A program made the translations under genes and the position numbers. The notes beneath the pieces were generated by a model that saw nothing but the letters and a program-made list of their open reading frames with translations, was not told the DNA's origin and searched no databases. Shown here piece by piece: positions 9,006 to 17,942 of a stretch of 64,000 bases of DNA. This DNA is from Candidatus Omnitrophota bacterium (GTDB taxonomy: Bacteria > Omnitrophota > Gorgyraeia > Zapsychrales > Aceulaceae): positions 163,640 to 227,639 of the forward strand of contig JAKQPK010000023.1 in the NCBI GenBank assembly GCA_029564765.1, read 5' to 3'. Each line of letters opens with the position of its first letter. The stretch's first letter is position 1.

Positions 9006-12000
9006 CTAAACAGCGGCAGGCACAGGGACTTCCTTCTCCACTTCTTTTTCTTCATCGGACAAGCGCACGGAAACGATCTTGGACACGCCGCGCTCCTGCA
9101 TCGTGACACCATACATCACATTAGCGCAATTGATCGTTTTCTTGTTATGCGTGATCACGATGAATTGCGCGATCTTAGAGAACTCCTGCAACAGATAGCT
9201 GTAGCGGCCCACATTGGATTCATCTAGGGCCGCGTCGATCTCATCTAAAACGCAGAAAGGACTGGGCTTGACCTTGAAGACCGCGAAAATAAGCGCGATC
9301 GCGGTCATCGTTTTTTCGCCGCCAGAGAGAAGACCGATGTTCTGCAGCTTCTTTCCTGGAGGGCGGGCGACAATATCAATACCGGATTCCAGGACATTCT
9401 CCTGGTCGACTAAGATCAAATCGGCCTCGCCGCCGCCAAAAAGCATACGGAAATAAATACGGAACTCTTCGCTGACCTTCGTAAAGGTATCCACGAACAG
9501 CTGTCGGGTCGTTTTGTTGATCTTGTTGATCGTCTGCATCAAAGAATCTTTTGCCTGCAGAAGGTCGCTTTGTTGCTTTGTTAAGAATTCAAAACGCTGG
9601 CGAAGCTCTTCGTATTCTTCGATCGCCACGAGATTCACGGTCCCAAAGGATTCGCAATGTTTGCGCAAGGACTGGATATCTTGATCGATCTGATCAAAGC
9701 TGATCTCCGCGCGCGCGGCCGTGATCTTGGCATGGAACGCTTTCACGTCCTCCTGATGTTTCTGCTGGGCCAGCAGTTCATCGCTGGTCAAAGCACTGGC
9801 GACGGCCTCTGGCACGATCATCTCATCCAAGACAGGGTCTGGCTCCCGATAATTAACAAGTTCATCAAAATCAACCTTGTATGCCTGGAAAAGCTTATCT
9901 TTTAAGCTTTGTTCATTAAAAGTGATCTCTTGCTTTTTCAATTCTTGAGCGTGGGCATTGCCTTGGATCTGCTCTAGAGCGCTTTGAACACTCTTGACTT
10001 TCACGCGCACATCAGCGATGCGCGCGAAGATCTCTTCTTTCTGCTGCACGTATGTCGTCAGAACGCTTGCAAGCTCCTGTTGCTTGATCTGCACATCAGC
10101 GATCTTCTGGCGCAAATGCGCAATAGAGGCTTGATATTCCCCTCTTTTGGCCTGATCGTTCTGGTCGTCATCCTCTACCCTTTTCAACTCTTGCGCGCTC
10201 TCGATCAAGGCATCCTCAAACATCTTTAAGTCGCCCTGAAAGGATTGTTCCTGCCCGCGATAAGAATCGATCTGCGTTTCTAGCTGGGTGATCTCAAGCA
10301 GAACGTGTTCGCGTTCTTGGCCCTTAATAGCGATCTCGTCTTGGCGGCCCTTGATCGTCGCCTGAAATGCTTCGATCTCTTGCGTGGCCGTGTTCAACTC
10401 CTGCGTTAAGGCATCCTCTCGGCTCTTTAAATGCGTCAAAGAATCTTTGGTTTCCTGGAGCTCCTGGGTGATAATGTTCAACTCATCAAAAAGCTTGCTT
10501 GACTCTTCCAAGATATTGTTCTTGCGCGCTTCATGGCGTGACAGTTCGCGCTCTTGCTCATGGATCGCCACACCCACGCGGCTGACCTGATTTTCCACCT
10601 CTGTCATTTGAGCAACCATGGCGGCTTTTTGCTCTAAATGACGATCTACTTCCGCGGTCAACTCGTTGATCTGATTAGTGATCTGCTCCGGATCAAGCTC
10701 AATGAATTTTGTTTCACATTTTATTTCATAAACAGATTGGCCATTAGCCAAGGAAACGAAACGCTCACCCAGGCCTCTGACCTGATCTTCTGTTAGCCCT
10801 TCAACGGACCTGATCTTTCCGATGATCCCTTTTTTATCATCTGTCGGCGGCTGGGCTGTGAGCAATGACCCCTGACAAGCCACATCAGACCCTGTCTCAT
10901 ACTGAGCGCGCAGATCCTCGATAAATTCTCGCTTGGATCGAAGGGCTAACTTTAAATTCTCCAGATCGCTGATGGTCTTCTCTAAAACAGCCATCGCCTC
11001 TTTCAGCTGCTGCCAACTTCTTTCATATGTCTCTTTTTCAGCGCGCAGGTCCGCGATCTTTTCCGAGCAACGATCGATGTCTTCAGAGACACTGCGCAAC
11101 TTGTTATCGACATCTTCTTTTTCGCAACCCACTTTATCATTTTCAAAATCCAAACGGCGTTTGCGGGCTAGCGAGCTCTGAAAGCTTTTCATGATCTCGG
11201 TCAGATCGTTCTTAATATGGGTCTGCTTCGTCGACCGCTCAAAGATCGCCTCTTCCTCTTGTTTAATGGCAGATTTATGCTGATGGATCTGTTCTTGCAA
11301 AGAATTCAAAAGTTCCTTTTTCAGATCAAGCTCTTGGGTATTCTTCTGGATACTGTCGACAAGGTTCTGATAGGACGCCTTCAAGCCCAAGACCTTTTCC
11401 TCCTGGCCGCGGCAGCGTTCTTTTAGCTGGACCTTTTGCTCTTCATGGCGCAGATGATCGGTATCAATATTGGCGATACGCTCTTCATTAAAATGGATCT
11501 GGCGGCTTTCGATCTCGATCTGGTTTTCAAGTTTGATATTCTCACGTTGCAGTTCATTAGCTTTCTCGTCCAACTCGCTGACCAAACGGTTCTCTTCCGC
11601 GAGCTGATGGTTCAGCTTCTCTAATTCATCACCAAGCAAAGACTCTTCTTTCTGATAGCTCTGCAAAGAATTTTCCAGGTCCTGTCGTTCTTGATTAAAA
11701 TTCGTGATATGTTTTTGCGCGGCAAAAAACTCCAAGACCTTCAAGCGCTCATGTTCTTCCTTATACTTCTGCGCTTTCTTTGCTTGTCGCTCAATGGAAG
11801 CGATCTGACGTTTTACCTCTGTGATAATGTCATTACTGCGTAACAAATTATTCTCAACATCTTCAAGCTTGTTCAATGCCTCACGTTTCTTTGCCTTGTA
11901 TTTGGTGATCCCTGCCGCTTCATCGAAGATCAGTCGGCGGTCATCCGGGCGAGCGCTCACGACAAGATCCACCTTCCCTTGCTGAACCAAAGAATACGCC

Positions 12001-12407
12001 TCCGCACCGACCCCTGTTCCCATGAGCAACTCTAAAATATCCTTTAAGCGCACCGGTGTTTTGTTCAATAAATATTCACTCTCCCCAGAACGGAATAGCC
12101 TGCGCGAAACCGTGACCTCATCATATTCAATAGGAAAGATCTTGTTCTCATTGGAGAAAGTAAGGCTGACTTCAGCAAAGTTCAATGGTTGGCGCTGGTT
12201 GGTCCCGCTGAAGATAACATCTTCCTTGTTAGAGCCGCGCAATTCTTTCATGCTCTGCTCGCCTAAAACCCATCGGATCGCGTCAAAAACATTGCTTTTG
12301 CCGCAACCATTAGGGCCCACAACGGCTGTGATGCCGGGCTCAAAATTCAAGACAGTTTTATCAGCGAATGATTTAAATCCAAAGATCTCAACGCGCTTAA
12401 GGTACAT
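9006..12407 (-). CDS. smc: Chromosome segregation protein SMC
   Basis: 1133 aa. The N-terminal Walker A reads FKSFADKTVLNFEPGITAVVGPNGCGKSN. Long coiled-coil arms and a hinge follow, and the C-terminal signature/Walker B reads LSGGEKTMTAIALIFAVF...FCVLDEIDAALD. Confidence 0.9.
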   Translation of the reverse strand: MYLKRVEIFGFKSFADKTVLNFEPGITAVVGPNGCGKSNVFDAIRWVLGEQSMKELRGSNKEDVIFSGTNQRQPLNFAEVSLTFSNENKIFPIEYDEVTVSRRLFRSGESEYLLNKTPVRLKDILELLMGTGVGAEAYSLVQQGKVDLVVSARPDDRRLIFDEAAGITKYKAKKREALNKLEDVENNLLRSNDIITEVKRQIASIERQAKKAQKYKEEHERLKVLEFFAAQKHITNFNQERQDLENSLQSYQKEESLLGDELEKLNHQLAEENRLVSELDEKANELQRENIKLENQIEIESRQIHFNEERIANIDTDHLRHEEQKVQLKERCRGQEEKVLGLKASYQNLVDSIQKNTQELDLKKELLNSLQEQIHQHKSAIKQEEEAIFERSTKQTHIKNDLTEIMKSFQSSLARKRRLDFENDKVGCEKEDVDNKLRSVSEDIDRCSEKIADLRAEKETYERSWQQLKEAMAVLEKTISDLENLKLALRSKREFIEDLRAQYETGSDVACQGSLLTAQPPTDDKKGIIGKIRSVEGLTEDQVRGLGERFVSLANGQSVYEIKCETKFIELDPEQITNQINELTAEVDRHLEQKAAMVAQMTEVENQVSRVGVAIHEQERELSRHEARKNNILEESSKLFDELNIITQELQETKDSLTHLKSREDALTQELNTATQEIEAFQATIKGRQDEIAIKGQEREHVLLEITQLETQIDSYRGQEQSFQGDLKMFEDALIESAQELKRVEDDDQNDQAKRGEYQASIAHLRQKIADVQIKQQELASVLTTYVQQKEEIFARIADVRVKVKSVQSALEQIQGNAHAQELKKQEITFNEQSLKDKLFQAYKVDFDELVNYREPDPVLDEMIVPEAVASALTSDELLAQQKHQEDVKAFHAKITAARAEISFDQIDQDIQSLRKHCESFGTVNLVAIEEYEELRQRFEFLTKQQSDLLQAKDSLMQTINKINKTTRQLFVDTFTKVSEEFRIYFRMLFGGGEADLILVDQENVLESGIDIVARPPGKKLQNIGLLSGGEKTMTAIALIFAVFKVKPSPFCVLDEIDAALDESNVGRYSYLLQEFSKIAQFIVITHNKKTINCANVMYGVTMQERGVSKIVSVRLSDEEKEVEKEVPVPAAV

Positions 12408-12434
12408 ACTAAAACCTTTCTATTAAAAATGGTT

Positions 12435-12704
12435 TTACGCTTTGACGGTTTTGCTGTTTATGATATCGTGAACGATCTGTACGGTCTGATCCAACGATGT
12501 GAACTTCGGCAATGTATCCTCAGGGACAACGATCCGATATTTTTTCTCGATCCCCGCGAGGATCTCCAAAGCCATCATTGAATCCATACCGAGATCTTTA
12601 ACAAAATTGGCCTCACCGTTGATCGACTGCGGATCTGCCTCGATGATCTCTGCCACCATCGCCCGAAGGTCTTTCTCGATCGTTTCTTTTGTTAGATTTG
12701 CCAT
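12435..12704 (-). CDS. acpP: Acyl carrier protein
   Basis: 89 aa, acidic, with the phosphopantetheine attachment motif LGMDSMMALE. Confidence 0.85.
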   Translation of the reverse strand: MANLTKETIEKDLRAMVAEIIEADPQSINGEANFVKDLGMDSMMALEILAGIEKKYRIVVPEDTLPKFTSLDQTVQIVHDIINSKTVKA

Positions 12705-12886
12705 ACCCCTCCTCCTTGATTCTGAGCTTCAAGCCATTGATCAATGCGATCTCTCTTAAAGCGCCACTGTCCAACTGTCTTGATCGCAGGGATCTTACCC
12801 TTCTTGACCCAGTCATAAACAGTCCGCTTCTTAACTTTAAGATAAGACGCGACTTCTTCGATTGTCATTAAAGCTTCGAAAGGCAT
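12692..12886 (-). CDS. Small excisionase-family helix-turn-helix DNA-binding protein (HTH_17-like)
   Basis: 64 aa. The sequence MTIEEVASYLKVKKRTVYDWVKKGKIPAIKTVGQWRFKRDRIDQWL matches the excisionase/MerR-like HTH pattern (LtvkEaaeyLgvsrrTvyrwvkrGelpavkiGrrwrfrredle). Its 3' end overlaps the acpP start by 13 nt. Confidence 0.7.
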   Translation of the reverse strand: MPFEALMTIEEVASYLKVKKRTVYDWVKKGKIPAIKTVGQWRFKRDRIDQWLEAQNQGGGVWQI

Positions 12887-13060
12887 TACATTATTTCTCT
12901 TATCGATACATTTAGTTTGTTATTATGATGTCTATGTCTATTGGATGTATTCTTGTTCTACTTTATTACATTAAGCTCATTTTGTCAAGTAATAATTCAT
13001 TTAATGTTATTAAAATACATAAAGAATCTATAAAATGCTCTATTGCTCGCTTAAAGCCCT

Positions 13061-13101
13061 ATAACTTACATATAATTACATTCATTTACATATATTACAT
13101 T
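13061..13101. repeat. Four tandem ~10-bp units, each containing TTACAT (helically phased), inside a 550-bp AT-rich divergent intergenic region
   Basis: The sequence is acTTACATat aaTTACATtc atTTACATat aTTACATtat. TTACAT starts at 13066, 13076, 13086 and 13095. A further copy lies at 12966. Confidence 0.5.
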
Positions 13102-13272
13102 ATCTCATAATAATAATAAATAGGAAGTATTAAAACATTATTTCATCTTAAATAAATGAATGAATATATCAATGAGATCTTTTAAATGATCTTCTTTCAT
13201 GAACTATTTTTCTTAAGCTCTGAAAGGGCTATATATAGGAAGAGAAAGCTTCAAAGAAAAGAAAAAAAATTA

Positions 13273-13302
13273 TTGCTTTTTTTGCTGACATTATGGTAGT
13301 AT
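13273..13302 (+). promoter_or_regulatory. Possible sigma70-type promoter for the acyl-CoA dehydrogenase/etf operon
   Basis: TTGCTT at 13273-13278, then an 18-nt spacer, then TAGTAT at 13297-13302. This lies ~135 nt upstream of the ATG at 13438, and GGAGG sits just before the ATG. The call is by eye only. Confidence 0.2.
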
Positions 13303-13437
13303 TGAAAAAGTTTCGTAAAGATTTTTATCATATTCAATAAAGCCCAGTCCTGAAGATCAACGCGAAAGCCAGAAAGAGACTGGCACGTCCTTGACTTTCA
13401 ATGGATCGCTCAGAAAGCACATAAAACGGAGGAATCA

Positions 13438-14589
13438 ATGGATTATTTATTGACCGAAGAACAAGTCATGCTCAGAGATCTTTGTCGTCAGATCACGGAT
13501 GAGAAGATCATGCCCGTGGCGGCTCATTATGATGAAACAGAAGAATTTCCTTGGGATATCGTGAAGGTCATGGCGGAATCAGATATTTTCGGTGTTTATA
13601 TCGATGAAAAATACGGTGGAATGGGTGGCGGCCTGCTTGAACTTTGTATCGCCACCGAAGAATTTTCTCGTGGCTGCGCGGGCATTGCCCTGGCGTTTTC
13701 CGCGACAGCGCTCGGGACCGATCCTATCCTTCTTTTTGGCAGCGAAGAACAAAAAGAAAAATACCTTCCCAGTATCGCCTCTGGAAAAAAATTAGCAGCC
13801 TTTGCCATCACAGAACCGGCAGCCGGCTCAGACGCGAGTGCGATGCAGACAACGGCTAAAAAAGATGGCGATCATTACATCTTGAATGGGACAAAACATT
13901 TTATCACCAATGGCGGTGAAGCTGAGATCTATACCGTTGTTGCGATGACCAGCAAAGATCGCGGAGCGCGCGGAGCGAGCGTTTTTATCGTCGAGAAAGG
14001 GACGCCTGGATTTACATTCGGCAAAAAAGAAGATAAGCTTGGTATCCGCGGGTCAGCGACAAGAGAGCTCATCTTCACGGATTGTCGTATCCCGAAAGAA
14101 AATATGATCGGCAAGGAAGGTCAAGGATTCTTGATCGCGATGAGAACGTTTGATATGTCCCGCCCAGGTATCGGCGCGCAGGCTCTTGGGATCGCCCAGG
14201 GCGCTTTTGAAGCCGCTGTCAAATATTCCAAAGAACGAAAACAATTCGGCAAACCGATCTCAAGCTTTCAAGGTATACAGTTCATGCTTGCGGATATGGC
14301 GACACAGATCGAGGCAGCCCGCGCGTTAGTTTACGCGTCCGCGCGACAGATCGATGCTGGGGCTAAGAGCCTTACCAAGGACTCAGCCATGGCAAAGATG
14401 TTCGCTTCCGATGTGGCCATGAAGGTCACGACCGACGCGGTACAGATCTTTGGCGGCTACGGCTACATGAAAGAGTATCCAGTTGAAAAGTATATGCGCG
14501 ATGCGAAGATCACACAGATCTATGAAGGGACCAATCAGATCCAACGCAACATTATCGCGCTCAACCTCATTAAGGAAATGTCTAAATAA
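13438..14589 (+). CDS. Acyl-CoA dehydrogenase (short-chain / butyryl-CoA dehydrogenase type)
   Basis: 383 aa with a typical ACAD N-terminus (LTEEQ...). It carries FAD/substrate motifs including ITEPAAGSDA and a C-terminal catalytic Glu region (YEGTNQIQR). Confidence 0.9.
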   Translation: MDYLLTEEQVMLRDLCRQITDEKIMPVAAHYDETEEFPWDIVKVMAESDIFGVYIDEKYGGMGGGLLELCIATEEFSRGCAGIALAFSATALGTDPILLFGSEEQKEKYLPSIASGKKLAAFAITEPAAGSDASAMQTTAKKDGDHYILNGTKHFITNGGEAEIYTVVAMTSKDRGARGASVFIVEKGTPGFTFGKKEDKLGIRGSATRELIFTDCRIPKENMIGKEGQGFLIAMRTFDMSRPGIGAQALGIAQGAFEAAVKYSKERKQFGKPISSFQGIQFMLADMATQIEAARALVYASARQIDAGAKSLTKDSAMAKMFASDVAMKVTTDAVQIFGGYGYMKEYPVEKYMRDAKITQIYEGTNQIQRNIIALNLIKEMSK

Positions 14590-15374
14590 TGAACATCGTT
14601 GTCTGCATTAAACAAGTTCCTGATACGACCCAAGTCCGCATTGATCCCGTCACCAATACGCTCATCCGCGAAGGCGTGCAGTCGATCATTAATCCTTTCG
14701 ACATGTACGCGATCGAAGAAGCTGTTCGCCTGAAAGAAAAATTCAATGGTAAAGCAACAGTGGTCACAATGGGCCCTCCGCAAGCGGATGCCGCGCTGCG
14801 GGAAGCTATTTCGATGGGCTGTGATGAGGGCGTCTTAGTGAGTGACCGCGCGTTCGCCGGATCAGACACTTTAGCAACGGGTTATACATTGGCGATGGCC
14901 ATCAAGAAGGTCGGCGCTGTTGATATTATCCTCTGTGGTAAACAGGCTTCTGATGGCGATACCGCACAGGTCGGCCCAGGGATCGCCACGCAACTAGATA
15001 TCCCTCAAGTGACCTATGTCAAAAAGATCGAGGATATAAAAGATAATCACGCGACAGTTGAGCGCATGACCGAGGAAGGTTTTGAGATCGTTAAGACATC
15101 CCTCCCTTGCCTTTTAACGGTCGTCAAAGAGATCAACGAACCACGCATCCCATCTTTAAAAGGGCGCATGAAAGCGAAAAAGGCGGAGATCATCTCCTGG
15201 AAAGCCGTTGATCTCGATTTAGAAGAAGAAAAATTGGGCCTCAAAGGGTCTCCGACGTGGGTCTCAAAGATCTTTACACCGCCGCCGCGGCCCAAAGGAC
15301 AGGTCTTCGAAGGAGACTGTGAAGACACAACAACGAAACTCGTGGAAGCGATCAAAGATAGGTTAGTCGCATGA
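14589..15374 (+). CDS. etfB: Electron transfer flavoprotein beta subunit
   Basis: 261 aa starting MNIVVCIKQVPDTTQVRIDP..., which is the classic EtfB start. Its ATG overlaps the TAA of the dehydrogenase gene. Confidence 0.9.
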   Translation: MNIVVCIKQVPDTTQVRIDPVTNTLIREGVQSIINPFDMYAIEEAVRLKEKFNGKATVVTMGPPQADAALREAISMGCDEGVLVSDRAFAGSDTLATGYTLAMAIKKVGAVDIILCGKQASDGDTAQVGPGIATQLDIPQVTYVKKIEDIKDNHATVERMTEEGFEIVKTSLPCLLTVVKEINEPRIPSLKGRMKAKKAEIISWKAVDLDLEEEKLGLKGSPTWVSKIFTPPPRPKGQVFEGDCEDTTTKLVEAIKDRLVA

Positions 15375-16567
15375 GCATTCAGATCATCAAAGATAAATGT
15401 ACCGGATGCACCTTGTGCGTTAAGGTCTGCCCTTTCGGGGCGATCACTATTGTCAGTAAAAAAGCTGTTATCAACTATGATAAATGCACCCTCTGCGGGG
15501 CTTGCGTTGAATCCTGCAAGTTCGATGCGATCGATCTCAAACGCGATGCCAGCAAGACACCTAATCTAGAAGAATACAAAGGTATCTGGGTTTTTGCTGA
15601 ACAAAAAAAAGGTGTTATCCAATCGGTCGTTTTTGAGCTCTTAGGTAAAGCGCGTGAACTCTCCGATAAGCTCGGCGCCGAAGTTTCATGCGTGCTCTTA
15701 GGGCATAATATCAAGGATAAGGCCCAAGAACTGATCTGCCGCGGCGCTGACAATGTGTATGTGGTGGACACGCCTGAGCTTGAGCACTATCTTGACGAGC
15801 CGTATACCCGCGCGCTGGTCAATATTATCCGTAAATACCGTCCAGAGATATTTTTATGCGGAGCAACCTTTATTGGACGCTCTCTGATCTCCCGTGTCGC
15901 GGTCAAGCTGCACACAGGATTAACAGCGGATTGCACAGGGCTGGACATCGATCCAAAAGAAAAATTCTTGATGCAAACCCGCCCTGCCTTTGGCGGCAAC
16001 ATCATGGCGACGATCTTAAGCAAGAATCACCGCCCTCAAATGGCAACGGTCCGCCATAAAGTATTCAAGGAATCCGAACGCGACACCGCGCGTAAGGGCA
16101 AGATCATCGAGGAAACGGTGTCTAAAACACTTTTAACATCCCGCACTAAATTACTCGACATCGTGGAAGAAGTGACATCAACGATCAATATCGCGGAAGC
16201 GGATATCATCGTTTCTGGCGGACGCGGCATGAAAGGGCCTGAAAACTTCGCGATCCTAGAAGAGCTTGCCAAGGTCTTAGGCGGCGCGGTCGGTTCATCG
16301 CGCGCGGCGGTCGACGCGGGTTGGATGCCTTATTCACATCAGGTCGGACAAACAGGAAAAACGGTCTGCCCCAAGCTCTATATCGCCTGCGGTATCTCAG
16401 GACAGATCCAGCACCTAGTCGGCATGCAATCATCCAATATTATTATCGCGATCAATCAAGACCCACATGCTCCGATCTTTACGGTCGCCAATTATGGGAT
16501 CGTTGGGGACGTGTTCCAGGTCGTTCCTCTGTTAACGAAAAAATTTAAAGCCGCGCTCAACCGCTAA
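15371..16567 (+). CDS. etfA: Electron transfer flavoprotein alpha subunit with an N-terminal 2x[4Fe-4S] ferredoxin domain
   Basis: The first ~60 aa carry two ferredoxin cysteine motifs, CTGCTLCVKVCP and CTLCGACVESC. The rest is an EtfA FAD-binding domain (SGGRGMKGPENF...AVGSSRAAVDAGW). It overlaps etfB by 4 nt. Confidence 0.9.
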   Translation: MSIQIIKDKCTGCTLCVKVCPFGAITIVSKKAVINYDKCTLCGACVESCKFDAIDLKRDASKTPNLEEYKGIWVFAEQKKGVIQSVVFELLGKARELSDKLGAEVSCVLLGHNIKDKAQELICRGADNVYVVDTPELEHYLDEPYTRALVNIIRKYRPEIFLCGATFIGRSLISRVAVKLHTGLTADCTGLDIDPKEKFLMQTRPAFGGNIMATILSKNHRPQMATVRHKVFKESERDTARKGKIIEETVSKTLLTSRTKLLDIVEEVTSTINIAEADIIVSGGRGMKGPENFAILEELAKVLGGAVGSSRAAVDAGWMPYSHQVGQTGKTVCPKLYIACGISGQIQHLVGMQSSNIIIAINQDPHAPIFTVANYGIVGDVFQVVPLLTKKFKAALNR

Positions 16568-16591
16568 GCTTTACAGCGATCACAATCAAAA

Positions 16592-16621
16592 GACCCCGCA
16601 GAAATTCTGCGGGGTCTTTTT
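16592..16621. terminator. Rho-independent terminator, bidirectional, between the convergent etfA and glgC genes
   Basis: A 10-bp GC-rich stem (gaccccgcag paired with ctgcggggtc), a 5-nt loop (aaatt) and a T5 run. An A-tract (caaaa) lies on the other side, so it can serve both strands. Confidence 0.7.
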
Positions 16622-16648
16622 CGCTTCTAATGATCTAAACCCTAAATT

Positions 16649-17872
16649 TTACTTCTCGAACGCCGCCTTTTTCGGCACGATCACAATGCCAGAGGTGGTG
16701 ACCGCGAAACGCTTACGGTCCAGATCCAAATGATATCCGATCTCCGCGCTGGCAGGGATCACGACTTCTTTGTCGATGATCGCGTTCTTGATCTTTGCAC
16801 CCTTGCCGATCACAACATCTGACATAATGATCGAATCACTGATCTGCACATTATTCTCAACGATCACATTGGGTGAAAGAATCGAACGGCGAATATGCGC
16901 GCCCTTGATCACGCAGCCACCCGACACGAAGGAATTCAAGATAACGCCTGGCTTGGCGCTGTCTTTAGACCCGGATGACAGGATCTTGATCGGTGGATAC
17001 TGTTCATGATAAGTGCGAATAGGCCATGTCTTGCGGAACAGGTCGAACTTTGGTGGTTGTCTTAGCAGGTCCATGTTCGCTTGATAGTACGAATCGCGCG
17101 TTCCGATATCACGCCAATAGCGTGGCTTGTCGTTCTTGTCCGCGAAATTATAAGCTAAGACACGTTTTTTCTGCGCGATCATCTGCGGGATAACATTTTT
17201 TCCAAAATCATGGTCTGAATCTTTCTTGCTCGCATCCTTTGTCAACTCTTCTACCAAGACTTCCCTGTTGAACAGATAGATCCCCATCGACGCGAAAATA
17301 CTGTTCGGGTCCCCTGGGATGGTCTTAGGCTGCTGGGGTTTTTCTTGAAACCCACAGATAAACCCATCTCGATCCACCTCCACGACGCCAAAATGCGCCG
17401 CGGAAGCCTTAGGCATCTTGACACAGCAGACGGTCACATCCGCATTCTTAACATTATGATATTCGAACACCCGGCTGTAATCCATGCGATAAACATGGTC
17501 GCCGGAAAGGATCAAGACTTTCTTAGGGTTGTAATCTTTGATCGCGTAAATGTTCTGATAGATCGCGTCCGCTGTCCCCCGATACCAATCCGAACCCACA
17601 CGCTGCTGAGGAGGGATCACGTCAATGAACTCCCCCAGTTGGCTGGAAACAACATCCCAACCGGCTAAAAGATGTTTTTGCAAAGAAAAAGACTTATACT
17701 GGATCAAAACAAAAATGCGCCTTAATCCTGAATTGATGCAATTACTTAATGTAAAATCCACGATCCGATAGATGCCTCCAAAAGGCACGGCCGGCTTCGC
17801 CCGGTCGCGGGTCAAAGGGTCTAACCGCTCACCTTTTCCTCCAGCTAGGATAAATGTTAAAATATCACGCAT
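16649..17872 (-). CDS. glgC: Glucose-1-phosphate adenylyltransferase
   Basis: 407 aa. The N-terminus ILAGGKGERLDPLTRDRAKPAVPFGG is the GlgC signature, and a left-handed beta-helix forms the C-terminus. Confidence 0.9.
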   Translation of the reverse strand: MRDILTFILAGGKGERLDPLTRDRAKPAVPFGGIYRIVDFTLSNCINSGLRRIFVLIQYKSFSLQKHLLAGWDVVSSQLGEFIDVIPPQQRVGSDWYRGTADAIYQNIYAIKDYNPKKVLILSGDHVYRMDYSRVFEYHNVKNADVTVCCVKMPKASAAHFGVVEVDRDGFICGFQEKPQQPKTIPGDPNSIFASMGIYLFNREVLVEELTKDASKKDSDHDFGKNVIPQMIAQKKRVLAYNFADKNDKPRYWRDIGTRDSYYQANMDLLRQPPKFDLFRKTWPIRTYHEQYPPIKILSSGSKDSAKPGVILNSFVSGGCVIKGAHIRRSILSPNVIVENNVQISDSIIMSDVVIGKGAKIKNAIIDKEVVIPASAEIGYHLDLDRKRFAVTTSGIVIVPKKAAFEK

Positions 17873-17942
17873 AAAAACCTTTCTTTTGTATGATTATAGG
17901 ATCAAAATATTTATTCAACTGCCATCAAACCTGAATAATCTT

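Noticed and set aside
9214-12426. Multiple 60-134-aa plus-strand ORFs opposite smc
   Set aside because: They are antisense to SMC. Their low-complexity, Ser/Leu-rich translations are typical of reverse frames of coiled-coil genes.
12613-12871. Alternative overlapping ORFs (12613-12816 minus, 12499-12759 plus, 12689-12871 plus) around the acpP/HTH genes
   Set aside because: They are out-of-frame overlaps of the two confidently recognised small genes.
12925-13110. 61-aa plus-strand ORF (MMSMSIGCILVLLYYIKL...) in the AT-rich intergenic region
   Set aside because: The translation is an Ile/Tyr/Asn-rich artefact of AT-rich DNA. It overlaps the TTACAT repeat array and has no RBS.
13592-14244. Short ORFs on both strands inside the acyl-CoA dehydrogenase gene
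   Set aside because: They lie inside a high-confidence CDS.
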